From the IMG/VR virus record IMGVR_UViG_3300044878_000100, positions 1-41,501 of that record: a DNA stretch of 41,501 nucleotides, one strand, 5' to 3'. Every line of letters begins with the position of its first letter. Position 1 is the first letter of the stretch. The notes below the pieces were generated by a model that saw only the letters and a list, made by a program, of their open reading frames with translations, made no database searches and was not told where the DNA came from. The position numbers and the translations under genes are program-made. Positions 1 through 7,946 of the stretch are shown here, piece by piece. Origin of the DNA: a virus. Lineage: Duplodnaviria; Caudoviricetes.

Positions 1-141
1 ATGCCTTCTCGGCTAAAGCCCTTGACGCCTTCCGCGGATATTCGAGATACCAGTCCATGAACTCATCGGCTCTATGAGATACAGAAGCTTTAGCTTCTGT
101 TGTATCTGTATCTGTATCTGTATCTGCTACAAGTTTGCTAG
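1..141 (+). repeat. Terminal overlap copy 1 (assembly circularity), (TGTATC)x4
   Basis: Identical to 41355-41501 except one fewer TGTATC unit. Confidence 0.95.
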
Positions 142-514
142 GCGTTTGCTGTGGCATTTGCTTAGCACTTGCTAGACCATTTGCTTTAGCTTTGCCACCC
201 TTGGAACCGGCCATAGCCCGCGCCGTTCTGCGGTTTTCGACCTGTTCTGCCGACTGTTGGTGCTCCAAATAGTCGTGCATCTCGTAGCCTGAGTCGTTGG
301 CCTTCACGAAGCCTACTGTCGTCAATTCTTTTTGAGATTTTGCTGAAAAAAGCTTCAAAAACTGCGCTTTCGTGAGCTGCCCATCATTCAGATTTCGGGA
401 GCAATAGCACCAGGCTTCGATGAGTTGACGGAATGCTTTGTCGCTCAACTCGAACGCTTTGGGGTGCTCTGGGAAGCCGTTGTGCAGTTTGAAGAACAGT
501 CGGTCGCCACTCAC
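1..514 (-). CDS. Replication initiator (RepA/O-like), 5' part; continues across the junction to 41083
   Basis: GTG at 514 overlaps upstream TGA; reads MSGDRLFFKLHNGFPEHPK...HDYLEHQQS...ADTDTDTD...FMDWYLEYPRK, in frame with ORF 41083..41412; not in ORF track because split. Confidence 0.85.
   Translation of the reverse strand, partial: MSGDRLFFKLHNGFPEHPKAFELSDKAFRQLIEAWCYCSRNLNDGQLTKAQFLKLFSAKSQKELTTVGFVKANDSGYEMHDYLEHQQSAEQVENRRTARAMAGSKGGKAKANGLASAKQMPQQTPSKLVADTDTDTDTTEAKASVSHRADEFMDWYLEYPRKASRALAEKA
81..197. promoter_or_regulatory. Putative replication origin (iterons and palindrome) inside rep
   Basis: (T/C)TGC(T/C) at 124,135,146,158,169,181,192 (11-12 bp period); inverted repeat ACAGAAGCT-TT-AGCTTCTGT at 81-100. 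Confidence 0.65.
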
Positions 515-843
515 GCCGCCGCCCAGTATTCTTCGCCGATGAGGCGGTGGTAGACGTCGAGGCGTCCCCATTTTTGGAGGCGTGCGCGGAGGGAGTCTTC
601 GCGGCCGGTGTAGCCGATGGCTTTGAGGATGTAGCCGACGCCCTGGTTGAGGGACAGCATCCATTCAATTTCGGCGATGACTTCGGCGGCTGTGGGCAGG
701 GTGGGTGTGGGCTTGGTGTATTTTCGGCAGCGGATTGTCCACGCTTCTTTGCAGGGCTGGCACCTTTCCTCTACACGTTTGGTGTGGGCGCGGTAGCCGG
801 GGACTGTGCCGCAGATGTCGCGGTGGACGGTGGGGTTCTTCAT
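511..843 (-). CDS. Hypothetical Zn-binding/DNA-binding protein
   Basis: ATG 843 with ATGA overlap; CGTVPGYRAH..ERCQPCKEA motif common in actinophage early genes. Confidence 0.7.
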   Translation of the reverse strand: MKNPTVHRDICGTVPGYRAHTKRVEERCQPCKEAWTIRCRKYTKPTPTLPTAAEVIAEIEWMLSLNQGVGYILKAIGYTGREDSLRARLQKWGRLDVYHRLIGEEYWAAA

Positions 844-932
844 TCGCTCATCCTTTGGATCTTGTGCGCTTCTTTGCGTGCCTTGTCTACTTGCCGGCGC
901 CGGGCTTTGCGTTCTTCGGTGGCGGCGCTCAT
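840..932 (-). CDS. Small basic hypothetical protein (30 aa)
   Basis: MSAATEERKARRRQVDKARKEAHKIQRMSE; ATGA overlaps at both ends. Confidence 0.6.
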   Translation of the reverse strand: MSAATEERKARRRQVDKARKEAHKIQRMSE

Positions 933-1192
933 GCGTCGAAGTGGGGGAGGTTCGCGAAGCGGTAGAACGTCGCTGAATGGCGGCGGTGCGCCCGAGTCTC
1001 CGGCATCCCGTCGTAGCCGTCGTTTTCGCTGAGGCTGTTCTCGTGCAGGAAGCTTGCCCGGTAGTATTCCGCAGCCAGTTCGGCATCGCTGAACCTCTTG
1101 TCCTGGCTGACGAGCGCGTATGGGGAGTAGAAGCCGCCGACCCGGTATGCGTCCGCGTCGGGGTGCTTCTCGAAGATTTGCAGGGGGTTCAT
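929..1192 (-). CDS. Hypothetical protein
   Basis: 87-aa ORF with 4-bp overlaps in operon. Confidence 0.7.
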   Translation of the reverse strand: MNPLQIFEKHPDADAYRVGGFYSPYALVSQDKRFSDAELAAEYYRASFLHENSLSENDGYDGMPETRAHRRHSATFYRFANLPHFDA

Positions 1193-1524
1193 GCGGCGTT
1201 CCTTTGGGCGTCGTAGCTGGCGGCTTCTGCTGCGGCTTTGCGGAGTCCTGAGGGCCCGCCGTGGAGTGGTGCGGGCTGGGCTGCTACGGCGTCGTGATGC
1301 TGTTCCCAGTAGGCGAGGGCTTCCGCGGTGGGCAGGTATGTGGCTTTGGGTTCGAGCTTCTTCCGTGCCGCCCGGATCCTGGCAAGCTCCCGATCCTTCG
1401 CGGCAGTTTCCTCGAGGATCTGCGCTTCTATGCGGCGGAGGTGTTCGAGGTCGGCGCGGATCTGCTCGGCTGTTTTGCGGAGTACCTGCGGCTTGTTGAC
1501 CGAGGCGCCGTATTCGTAGCTCAT
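1189..1524 (-). CDS. Hypothetical coiled-coil protein
   Basis: ATG 1524 (MSYEYGASV...), 4-bp overlaps. Confidence 0.7.
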   Translation of the reverse strand: MSYEYGASVNKPQVLRKTAEQIRADLEHLRRIEAQILEETAAKDRELARIRAARKKLEPKATYLPTAEALAYWEQHHDAVAAQPAPLHGGPSGLRKAAAEAASYDAQRNAA

Positions 1525-1664
1525 ACCGTCCACGCCTCCCGGAACTTGGTTTCGGTCTGGTCGCAGGGTTCCCAGATGCAGGAGGACCAGGGGCCCGTGT
1601 GGGTTCGGTCGTGCCATTTGCGGAGTGCGTTCACGTTGTCGCTGACGGTGAGGTGGAAGCTCAT
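1521..1664 (-). CDS. Small hypothetical protein
   Basis: MSFHLTVSDNVNALRKWH..., 4-bp overlaps. Confidence 0.6.
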   Translation of the reverse strand: MSFHLTVSDNVNALRKWHDRTHTGPWSSCIWEPCDQTETKFREAWTV

Positions 1665-1852
1665 GCCGTGGTTCCCTTCGTCGGGTTCTCCAGGCGTGCA
1701 TCTGTTGGGCAGTAGTCGCTGGGGCCGATCTGCGCCCACCCTTCATGCCATGCTTCTTTCCGTGCCCGAGCTATGCGGGACTCGTCTATCTGCATAAAGC
1801 TGCCGCACCCCTCACGGTCGCACCAGATGGTCACCTGCTTCGTGATGCTCAT
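1661..1852 (-). CDS. Small Cys-rich hypothetical protein
   Basis: CDREGC...GW...DYCP. Confidence 0.65.
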   Translation of the reverse strand: MSITKQVTIWCDREGCGSFMQIDESRIARARKEAWHEGWAQIGPSDYCPTDARLENPTKGTTA

Positions 1853-2505
1853 GCTGCGTCCTCCAGTGCGGGGCGGTGGTTTGCGGCGAATACGGCGCGG
1901 GCGAATCCCATTGGGGTTGCGCTGCGGAAGTTGGCGCGCTCCGGGCCAGGCGATGCGAAGTGGATGCGGTTGTCTGGTGCGCCCAACGTGTCGTCCTTGG
2001 CGGGCTCAGGCATGACAAACCCGCCACCAGTCCAGAGGCACGTCTTCTTCGTGTAGTTGTCGCCGGGCTCGTAGGCGGTGTAGTCGGCGGGGTGGAACGT
2101 GTGCTGTGGTTTGCCAAACGCGGAGGCAAGGACCGAAACGGGGTTCTCCACGAACCAAGGGGCGCCGGACAGTCTGCCGATGGTGCGGCACTGTTCGGCG
2201 ACCATGACCGCCTTGGCCTGGAACAGCTTGTCGGCGGCGTACTTGCTGCTGAACCAGCGAGCCCCGCTGACCGCCATGTCCGTGCAGGGAGGGAAGCCGA
2301 AGACTGCGGCGACTTCCTTGGTTCGGAACGTGTGCCCGATGTAGTCCATGGCTTCCTCGACGGTGCCGGCGAATCGTGTAACCGGCCCGTCGAACGTGGT
2401 GTTTCCGTGCTGCGGGTCTACGAGGATGGCGCGGTAGCCGGCTTCGATCCACGGCTGAACCATATGCCCGGTGATGTCACAGAGGCTGATAACAACTTTG
2501 CTCAC
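1849..2505 (-). CDS. Phage DNA cytosine methyltransferase-like protein
   Basis: FPPCTD catalytic motif, VENPVS, YTKKTCLW. Confidence 0.75.
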   Translation of the reverse strand: MSKVVISLCDITGHMVQPWIEAGYRAILVDPQHGNTTFDGPVTRFAGTVEEAMDYIGHTFRTKEVAAVFGFPPCTDMAVSGARWFSSKYAADKLFQAKAVMVAEQCRTIGRLSGAPWFVENPVSVLASAFGKPQHTFHPADYTAYEPGDNYTKKTCLWTGGGFVMPEPAKDDTLGAPDNRIHFASPGPERANFRSATPMGFARAVFAANHRPALEDAA

Positions 2506-2527
2506 GTTGTTCCTTTCCTGGGGGTCC

Positions 2528-2551
2528 AGGCGCCCCCTGTCGGGGGCGCCT
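2528..2551. terminator. GC hairpin between ssb and methylase
   Basis: AGGCGCCCCC-TGTC-GGGGGCGCCT; no clear U tract. Confidence 0.4.
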
Positions 2552-2562
2552 ACTTGGTTGAT

Positions 2563-2582
2563 GCAGTGAAATGCAGTGACTT
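2563..2582 (+). promoter_or_regulatory. CAGTGA-N4-CAGTGA box, copy 1
   Basis: GCAGTGAAATGCAGTGACTT, intergenic. Confidence 0.7.
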
Positions 2583-2590
2583 GCTAGCGA

Positions 2591-3076
2591 TCAAAAAGGG
2601 GGATCCGCGGGGCCGTTGGACCATGCTGCGGACTGCTGGGGTGCTGCTGCCCACTGGTTCTGTTGTGCCGGCTGCTGGGTGCGTGGTGCGGGCGCGCCCT
2701 GGTTGCCGGTGCGCTGCGTACGATTCACCTTCGCGTTGGCGTATTTGAGGCTCGGGCCGATTTCCTGGACCTCCAGTTCGATAACGGTGCGCTTCTCGCC
2801 CTCCTTGGTTTCGTAGCTGCGTGACTTTAGGTCGCCGGAGATGATGACGCGCATACCCTTCGTCAGCGACTCGGCCACGTTCTCCGCAGCCTCCCGCCAC
2901 ACTGAACACCGCAAGAACAGCGACTCCCCATCCTTCCATTCGTTGCTGTTGCGGTCGAAGGTGCGCGGGGTTGATGCGACGGTGAAGTTAGCGACCGCGG
3001 CGCCGGCGTGTGTGAACCGCAGCTCAGGGTCGTTGGTCAGGTTGCCAATAACGGTCAGGGTTGTTTCGCCAGCCAT
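2591..3076 (-). CDS. ssb: Single-stranded DNA-binding protein
   Basis: [22 protein letters not shown]...; C-terminal DPPF; actinobacterial SSB. Confidence 0.97.
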   Translation of the reverse strand: MAGETTLTVIGNLTNDPELRFTHAGAAVANFTVASTPRTFDRNSNEWKDGESLFLRCSVWREAAENVAESLTKGMRVIISGDLKSRSYETKEGEKRTVIELEVQEIGPSLKYANAKVNRTQRTGNQGAPAPRTQQPAQQNQWAAAPQQSAAWSNGPADPPF

Positions 3077-3078
3077 GT

Positions 3079-3336
3079 TCAGTTGCTCATTTCTCGGGTT
3101 GCGTATTTGCGGAGGTTGTTGACGTCGAAGCCGTACCAGTGGAGTTCCATTTCTGGATCCCCGGTGCTGACGATGGTGACGGGTGCTGCGGTGTAGCCGA
3201 GTTCCTTGATTGCTGCGAGGTCGTCCGGGTTCTCGGTTACGTCGATGGCCCGGTATTTGATGCCGCGCTTGTCAAGCCACCGCTTAGTTGCGGTGCACTG
3301 TTGACAGTTCGGGGACGTGTAGACGCTGATGTTCAT
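3079..3336 (-). CDS. nrdH: NrdH-like glutaredoxin
   Basis: [17 protein letters not shown]...LGYTAAPV; ATG 3336. Confidence 0.9.
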   Translation of the reverse strand: MNISVYTSPNCQQCTATKRWLDKRGIKYRAIDVTENPDDLAAIKELGYTAAPVTIVSTGDPEMELHWYGFDVNNLRKYATREMSN

Positions 3337-3929
3337 GATGCCTGTTCCTGGTGATCGTCTTCTCGTACTGCTGCGAGGATTTTCTGCGCATCCTCGGGGC
3401 TGATCTTGTTCGGGTGGTCCCATGTGGCGCCGATGACCTGCCCTGCTGTGGCGAGCATCTGCGGGCCCTCGCCTTCATACCCGGCGGCGGTTAGTGCGTT
3501 CTTGATTGCCTGCCACTGGGCCAGCCAGGGTTCCGTTATTGGCTCGGACAGGACCGTGACCGCGTGCTGCTTGACCTTCTTCTGGCTGATGCGGACAGGG
3601 ATGGTGAATGCCGCGCTGACGTGCGACATTGCGATGACTTCGACGCCGCCAACCTTTTCGCCGGCATAGATAACCTCGGGGTTGTTGGCGAGTTTGACGA
3701 GTCGCCCGATCCACTTATCGGATTCGGTGCCCCACGCGTGGGCGATGACTCGGAGCATTCCCTTGGATGGTTTCCACGGTCGCCCGTCCATGCCTTCGAG
3801 GTCGATGATGACGGGTTTGACTGCATCGCCTTTCCGAACGTCCTTGATCGTTGCAACGATGGGCGAGCCGGTGAGGTCCGATGCGTTGATCTGGTCAGAT
3901 TTGGCGACAAGTGCCTGTGATATGTCCAT
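3333..3929 (-). CDS. Conserved phage protein next to RecE-like exonuclease (possible annealase)
   Basis: MDISQALVAKSDQINASDL...PWKPSKGMLRV..AWG; ATG 3929. Confidence 0.7.
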   Translation of the reverse strand: MDISQALVAKSDQINASDLTGSPIVATIKDVRKGDAVKPVIIDLEGMDGRPWKPSKGMLRVIAHAWGTESDKWIGRLVKLANNPEVIYAGEKVGGVEVIAMSHVSAAFTIPVRISQKKVKQHAVTVLSEPITEPWLAQWQAIKNALTAAGYEGEGPQMLATAGQVIGATWDHPNKISPEDAQKILAAVREDDHQEQAS

Positions 3930-4750
3930 TAGAAGGTGATCTCCACTTCCTGGTTGATGCCGAGTAGTTCCTCGGCTTGGTAGATTGCCCACATGGGCAG
4001 GCTGATGAGGTCGGCGTTCGGGTAGCCGGGCCAGGTATTCGACTCGACGCATTCCCGGTAGATGCGTTTCGCCCGGTCGTTGAGCTGCCTGCCGATATTG
4101 ATGGCTTCGATGTCGAGTTCAACGACGGACACAAGGTATGGCGCGGTCTTTTCGACGAGTACGAAGTGGAAGGGGAGTTCTTCGCCGGTCGCTGCTTTGA
4201 CGCCGTCGATGTAGTGCGCGGCTGACTGGTGGTAGCCGAAGTCGTGCGCGGTCTTGCCGAACTCGTTGGGGTCCGCGTTGAGGGTTGTCTTCAGGTCCAC
4301 GAGCAGGCCGGGCTTCCATGCGTCAGGGCGGCACTTCAGCGTGAGGCCATCCTCATCCCAGAAGACGGACTGCTCCGCCTTGTGCCCGGTGAACAGATCG
4401 CTAGCTACGGGGTGAGCCATGACGGCGTCGCGCATCATGAACACCTGCGTCATTTCCTTGGTGAGGAGCGGCTGCTTACCTGTAGCGAGGGCTTCGGCCT
4501 TAGCTGCCTTCGCATCCTTGGTGAGCCAGTTATCAGCCGGGACCACTCGGATCCCGGACGTGTCATCTTCCAGGATTAGCGAGTGTGCCGCGGTGCCCAA
4601 GGTGAATGCGTCGGAGAACTTCGGGTGCTGCTTGTCGTGCTGGTAGTGTGCCGGCGTGCGGGTGGCAAGGGTCTTCAGTGACGTGCTGCCAAGTGCCGGG
4701 TTGCGGTGATAATCGGCGTTCGAGATGCCGGAATAGATGCCAGGCTTCAT
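3929..4750 (-). CDS. RecE/exonuclease VIII-like PD-(D/E)XK nuclease
   Basis: YH..ALGST, GTAAH, KCRPD..LVDLKTT, GYHQSAAHY. Confidence 0.9.
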   Translation of the reverse strand: MKPGIYSGISNADYHRNPALGSTSLKTLATRTPAHYQHDKQHPKFSDAFTLGTAAHSLILEDDTSGIRVVPADNWLTKDAKAAKAEALATGKQPLLTKEMTQVFMMRDAVMAHPVASDLFTGHKAEQSVFWDEDGLTLKCRPDAWKPGLLVDLKTTLNADPNEFGKTAHDFGYHQSAAHYIDGVKAATGEELPFHFVLVEKTAPYLVSVVELDIEAINIGRQLNDRAKRIYRECVESNTWPGYPNADLISLPMWAIYQAEELLGINQEVEITF

Positions 4751-4773
4751 AATGCCTTCTTTCGTAGGTTCTG

Positions 4774-4819
4774 ATTCTATCCTGATTCACTGACTTTTTG
4801 CAGTGATTCGCAGTGAGTC
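4774..4819 (-). promoter_or_regulatory. Putative promoter of recombination operon with CAGTGA box copy 2
   Basis: -10 TAGAAT (4774-4779, minus); GCAGTGATTCGCAGTGAGTC 4800-4819; inverted half-site 4787-4792. Confidence 0.6.
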
Positions 4820-4830
4820 GGTGGGCAAAG

Positions 4831-4968
4831 TTATTCGATGTCGTCCAGGTCGAGCGGGGTGGTCATGGCATCTTCTTGCCTACACGGGCAACCATCGGGG
4901 CATCGGCGCAACTGGTCAAGTTCGCGGAATGCGGCCTGCTCGGTGGGGTCCAGTGGGTTCGGGGTCAC
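4831..4968 (-). CDS. Small hypothetical protein (45 aa)
   Basis: GTG start, MTPNPLDPTEQAAFRELDQLRRCPDGCPC... Confidence 0.5.
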   Translation of the reverse strand: MTPNPLDPTEQAAFRELDQLRRCPDGCPCRQEDAMTTPLDLDDIE

Positions 4969-4971
4969 GGC

Positions 4972-5289
4972 CTAACCTTCCCCGAAATAGTCGCGGTAGA
5001 GGGCGTCCTGCTTTTCGACTGCCTGCTCCCACGTCATAGTGTCTTCGGCGTCCCAGATTGCCTGCGCCCGCTTGATGGATGCTTGCCGCCAGCCGCGCTT
5101 GAATGGCCGCCCCATCTGACCCTCGCCGAGCCCCCAACCATCTCCGCATTCGACGCAGGTCAGGATGTCGCCGAGGTAGGGATTCGTGGACATGTGCGCT
5201 ACGGCCTTCTTTGCCTTGCAGTTCCAGCACTCGAACCGATCGCACCGGGCATATCCCTTGTTGAAGGTGCAGATGATTACGCCACTCAC
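4972..5289 (-). CDS. Zn-finger hypothetical protein
   Basis: CWNC and CVEC pairs. Confidence 0.7.
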   Translation of the reverse strand: MSGVIICTFNKGYARCDRFECWNCKAKKAVAHMSTNPYLGDILTCVECGDGWGLGEGQMGRPFKRGWRQASIKRAQAIWDAEDTMTWEQAVEKQDALYRDYFGEG

Positions 5290-5456
5290 AGCACGCCGCC
5301 CATGATGACGCCGACCAAATCAGGCGCGTGCTTGTCGAGGAACCGCAACGCCAGCCGCTCCTCCTCCAGGTTGCGCGGTACATGGTTGAGGACGGCCTGC
5401 TTGCTGAACGTCTTGTACTGGTAGACGTTGCTGTTCTGGGGGTGCTGGGCGTTCAC
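5286..5456 (-). CDS. Small hypothetical protein
   Basis: GTG 5456 with GTGA overlap. Confidence 0.6.
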   Translation of the reverse strand: MNAQHPQNSNVYQYKTFSKQAVLNHVPRNLEEERLALRFLDKHAPDLVGVIMGGVL

Positions 5457-5581
5457 TGGTTCTCCTCGGTGTATGCGTCGTGGTGGCTGCGGTCGTTGCA
5501 GGCTGGGTCGGGGTCGCTGTAGTAGGTCCAGATGTTGCCGGTAAGTTCGCGGCGGATCCGGCAACTGTCGATGTGTGCCAT
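5453..5581 (-). CDS. Small hypothetical protein
   Basis: MAHIDSCRIRR..., AGGAGG SD. Confidence 0.6.
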   Translation of the reverse strand: MAHIDSCRIRRELTGNIWTYYSDPDPACNDRSHHDAYTEENQ

Positions 5582-5664
5582 TACTTCCTCCTGGCTGGTT
5601 GGGTGATGAGGCGGGCCGACTCGATGCCCGTGAAGACGACTGCGACTACTAGGAGGGCGGTCAT
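5581..5664 (-). CDS. Tiny membrane peptide (27 aa)
   Basis: MTALLVVAVVFTGIESARLITQPARRK; start/stop overlaps. Confidence 0.5.
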   Translation of the reverse strand: MTALLVVAVVFTGIESARLITQPARRK

Positions 5665-5834
5665 GATTCCCACGCGTCATCTACTTGGAAGGCGCCGAAC
5701 TGCGGATAGTTCGCGAAGGCCTTGCTGAATGCCCGGTCAATTGCCTGGTTCTCGTCGGACGCATCGACGTCGATGGAGAACGTGGGCGCCCTGAGTGCGT
5801 CCGGGATGGATAGTTTTACGGTCCAGTTGCTCAT
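5661..5834 (-). CDS. Small hypothetical protein
   Basis: MSNWTVKLSIPD..., ATGA overlap. Confidence 0.6.
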   Translation of the reverse strand: MSNWTVKLSIPDALRAPTFSIDVDASDENQAIDRAFSKAFANYPQFGAFQVDDAWES

Positions 5835-6202
5835 GCGCTGACCTTTTCTTCTGTCCGGGCGAACGGTTCGGCGCAGGCGAGCAGTTCGGTGATGGACGCG
5901 TTGATTTGGGCCGTGACGCGTTCGGTGAGTTCGAGGGTGTTGTCCACGGTGCCGGCGTTGTTCACGACAAGGTCGGGGTGGGTGCCGCACTCGACAGACT
6001 CGAGTTCTTCAAAGTCCGTGATGAGCTGGTTCAGGTCGGCGCCGTTCACCCGCGCCCCGATAGCCGCGTTCATCGCCGCCTGGGTTCGCCGTGCCCGTGC
6101 GATCCACTCGCGGGAAGGCTCGTTCCATTCGGTCTCAGTTACGTGCTGCTTCGCGTAATGGCGGACCAACCAACGGGCGTGCATGTTGCTTGCGGGGATC
6201 AT
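5831..6202 (-). CDS. Hypothetical protein
   Basis: 123-aa ORF, GGAGG SD, overlaps. Confidence 0.7.
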   Translation of the reverse strand: MIPASNMHARWLVRHYAKQHVTETEWNEPSREWIARARRTQAAMNAAIGARVNGADLNQLITDFEELESVECGTHPDLVVNNAGTVDNTLELTERVTAQINASITELLACAEPFARTEEKVSA

Positions 6203-6525
6203 GATTCCTCCGGGGAGTAAAGGACGGTCAGCGGTGCTTGCTGGCGGATGAAGTCTCCGAGGTAGGTGTAACCGCCGCCCGTTCCGTGGACCTTCACGCC
6301 GCCGCGCTGACTAAGGTCATTCAGTGCCCATGAGTGGGTAGTGCCCGGCGAGTAAAGCTTGGTGCCCTCCGGCAGCAACTCGACTTCTTCCTCGGTGGTG
6401 ATCGTGCGGGGCCGGAGAGTGTAGTTCTCGCCCCTGTAGCAAATCACTGAGCCGTCCGTGAAGCACTCGGGTCCGATCACCGTGAAGTCTCCGTCCTGGT
6501 GCGGGTAAAGCGGCTGCGCGCTCAT
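6199..6525 (-). CDS. Hypothetical protein
   Basis: 108-aa ORF, overlaps. Confidence 0.7.
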   Translation of the reverse strand: MSAQPLYPHQDGDFTVIGPECFTDGSVICYRGENYTLRPRTITTEEEVELLPEGTKLYSPGTTHSWALNDLSQRGGVKVHGTGGGYTYLGDFIRQQAPLTVLYSPEES

Positions 6526-6644
6526 TTCCGGAACCCCTTGGTGAGGTCAACGCGCTTGCCGGACGGGACGAGAACGGACTTGAGAAGGTCCTCGCTGAAC
6601 CGTTCGGCGCTCCAGGTGCTGCGGTGCTTAGCTTTGGTGGTCAT
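6522..6644 (-). CDS. Small hypothetical protein (40 aa)
   Basis: MTTKAKHRSTWSAERFSEDLL...; AAGGAG SD; ATGA overlaps. Confidence 0.6.
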   Translation of the reverse strand: MTTKAKHRSTWSAERFSEDLLKSVLVPSGKRVDLTKGFRK

Positions 6645-6793
6645 TTCGTTTCTCCTTCTAGTGCTGCTCGGACATCGGTGACGTAATAGATTTGGGTGGC
6701 GCCCAGTTCGTCCGTGATCTGGACGAGTGACGGGCTGATGCGGTCGAAGGTCAACGGCGCGGTGCCAGTTGTCGAACGGATCGTCGTTGCCAT
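6641..6793 (-). CDS. Small hypothetical protein (50 aa)
   Basis: MATTIRSTTGTAPLTFDRISP... Confidence 0.55.
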   Translation of the reverse strand: MATTIRSTTGTAPLTFDRISPSLVQITDELGATQIYYVTDVRAALEGETK

Positions 6794-6798
6794 GCGCG

Positions 6799-6924
6799 TC
6801 ACGCGGCTGAGTTTTCGCCGGTGATCTGTGCGATGCGGTTCAGGGTTTCAATCTCGCCGCGCTTTCCGGCGAACCAGAGGCTAAGCGCCTCGTCGATCTC
6901 CCAAAGTGCTTGTTCGTCGTTCAT
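6799..6924 (-). CDS. Small hypothetical protein (41 aa)
   Basis: MNDEQALWEIDEALSLWF...; AGGAG SD. Confidence 0.6.
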   Translation of the reverse strand: MNDEQALWEIDEALSLWFAGKRGEIETLNRIAQITGENSAA

Positions 6925-7157
6925 CGGTTTCTCCTGGCTCTGGTCCCGACGTTGGGCCGGGTCACTGGTGGTGCGGGTTTCTTCGTCATGGACTCGAGGA
7001 TTTGTTCAACATGGGCTTCACGGAACCGGATGATCCCCTTCGCCGTCGTCCTCATGTGCGGCCACTCATGGAGCCGGTTGTAGACGCTGGTTGGGGAGAT
7101 GCCGAGGTAGCCGGCGAGTTCCTGGACCGTGAAGAACCGTTCATCAAAAACGGTCAT
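6921..7157 (-). CDS. Excisionase-like HTH (MerR/HTH_17) DNA-binding protein
   Basis: FTVQELAGYLGISPTSVYN...IIRF. Confidence 0.8.
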   Translation of the reverse strand: MTVFDERFFTVQELAGYLGISPTSVYNRLHEWPHMRTTAKGIIRFREAHVEQILESMTKKPAPPVTRPNVGTRARRNR

Positions 7158-7552
7158 GCGGCTTGGCGTGCGGTGAACTTCTCCCGCTGTAGTGCCAGTG
7201 CCTTGTGAATCTTTCGCTCGTAGCGGGGCGTCTTGCGCTGCGTGTGGTTTTCAAGGGCCGTGATGTAGTCGGCGCACATCGTGGCCGTCCAGTAGTGGCG
7301 GTGGATCCAGCGCGCTTCGATGTTCCATCGCGGGTGCTCGGTGTTGCGGGCTTCGGTTTCTGCGGCGAGTCCGGCAGTGCGGGACGGGTAGACCTTGATC
7401 CGCACCTTGGCGATCTGCGGCGCCCACCATTGGGTGCTGCGGTGGCGCTTGATGCGCTGTTCGGGTTCATGGCTGCACCCCACGTAGATGAGGCGGCTCT
7501 CGTTGTCGTAGAGGCGGTAGACGTAGTGGTTGGCGTTCGCAAGGTCGCTCAT
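7154..7552 (-). CDS. GIY-YIG nuclease-domain protein
   Basis: YVYRLYD..LIYVG.S...RIKRH...E...HPRWN; ATG 7552. Confidence 0.8.
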   Translation of the reverse strand: MSDLANANHYVYRLYDNESRLIYVGCSHEPEQRIKRHRSTQWWAPQIAKVRIKVYPSRTAGLAAETEARNTEHPRWNIEARWIHRHYWTATMCADYITALENHTQRKTPRYERKIHKALALQREKFTARQAA

Positions 7553-7818
7553 GCTGCCAGCTCCATTTCGTCTTCGACATCGAAGCACTTGATTGCAAGC
7601 GGCTTGAGGTCGAGGGCCTTGGCGATCCTGGCGAGGTGGATGTTGGAGAGGGGCTTGCGCCCGGCTTCGATGTTGGCGAGGTGCGGACGGCTAATGCCGG
7701 CTGCTACGGACAGTTCGAGCTGCGTGTAGCCGAGGCGTTCGCGGAACCGGTGGATGGTTTCGCCGACTCGCTCGTGCTCTGGGTTCCTAGGGGCTTTCCC
7801 CGTTCTCACTGTGTTCAT
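7549..7818 (-). CDS. Cro-like XRE HTH regulator
   Basis: RERLGYTQLELSVAAGISRPHLANIEAG; divergent from repressor. Confidence 0.85.
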   Translation of the reverse strand: MNTVRTGKAPRNPEHERVGETIHRFRERLGYTQLELSVAAGISRPHLANIEAGRKPLSNIHLARIAKALDLKPLAIKCFDVEDEMELAA

Positions 7819-7853
7819 AGGAAGAGACTAGCAGGTATGTGAAACATTGGGAA
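7819..7853 (-). promoter_or_regulatory. Leaderless early lytic promoter
   Basis: TTCCCA-17-TAGTCT-N6-ATG on minus strand. Confidence 0.65.
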
Positions 7854-7930
7854 GCAGGAGCCGGAAGAAAGTGGAAACAAGTAGCAGTCGAGAAAACTTC
7901 CGCGTGATTCCGGGGCTAAATCGGCCACTC

Positions 7931-7946
7931 TCGAATATTTGTTCGA
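7931..7946. promoter_or_regulatory. Putative LexA (SOS) box in switch region
   Basis: TCGAATATTTGTTCGA vs actinobacterial consensus TCGAAC-N4-GTTCGA (1 mismatch). Confidence 0.65.

Noticed and set aside
1876-2748. Long plus-strand ORFs (also 30522-31241, 32450-33130 and others)
   Set aside because: Antisense shadows of well-supported minus-strand genes in high-GC DNA
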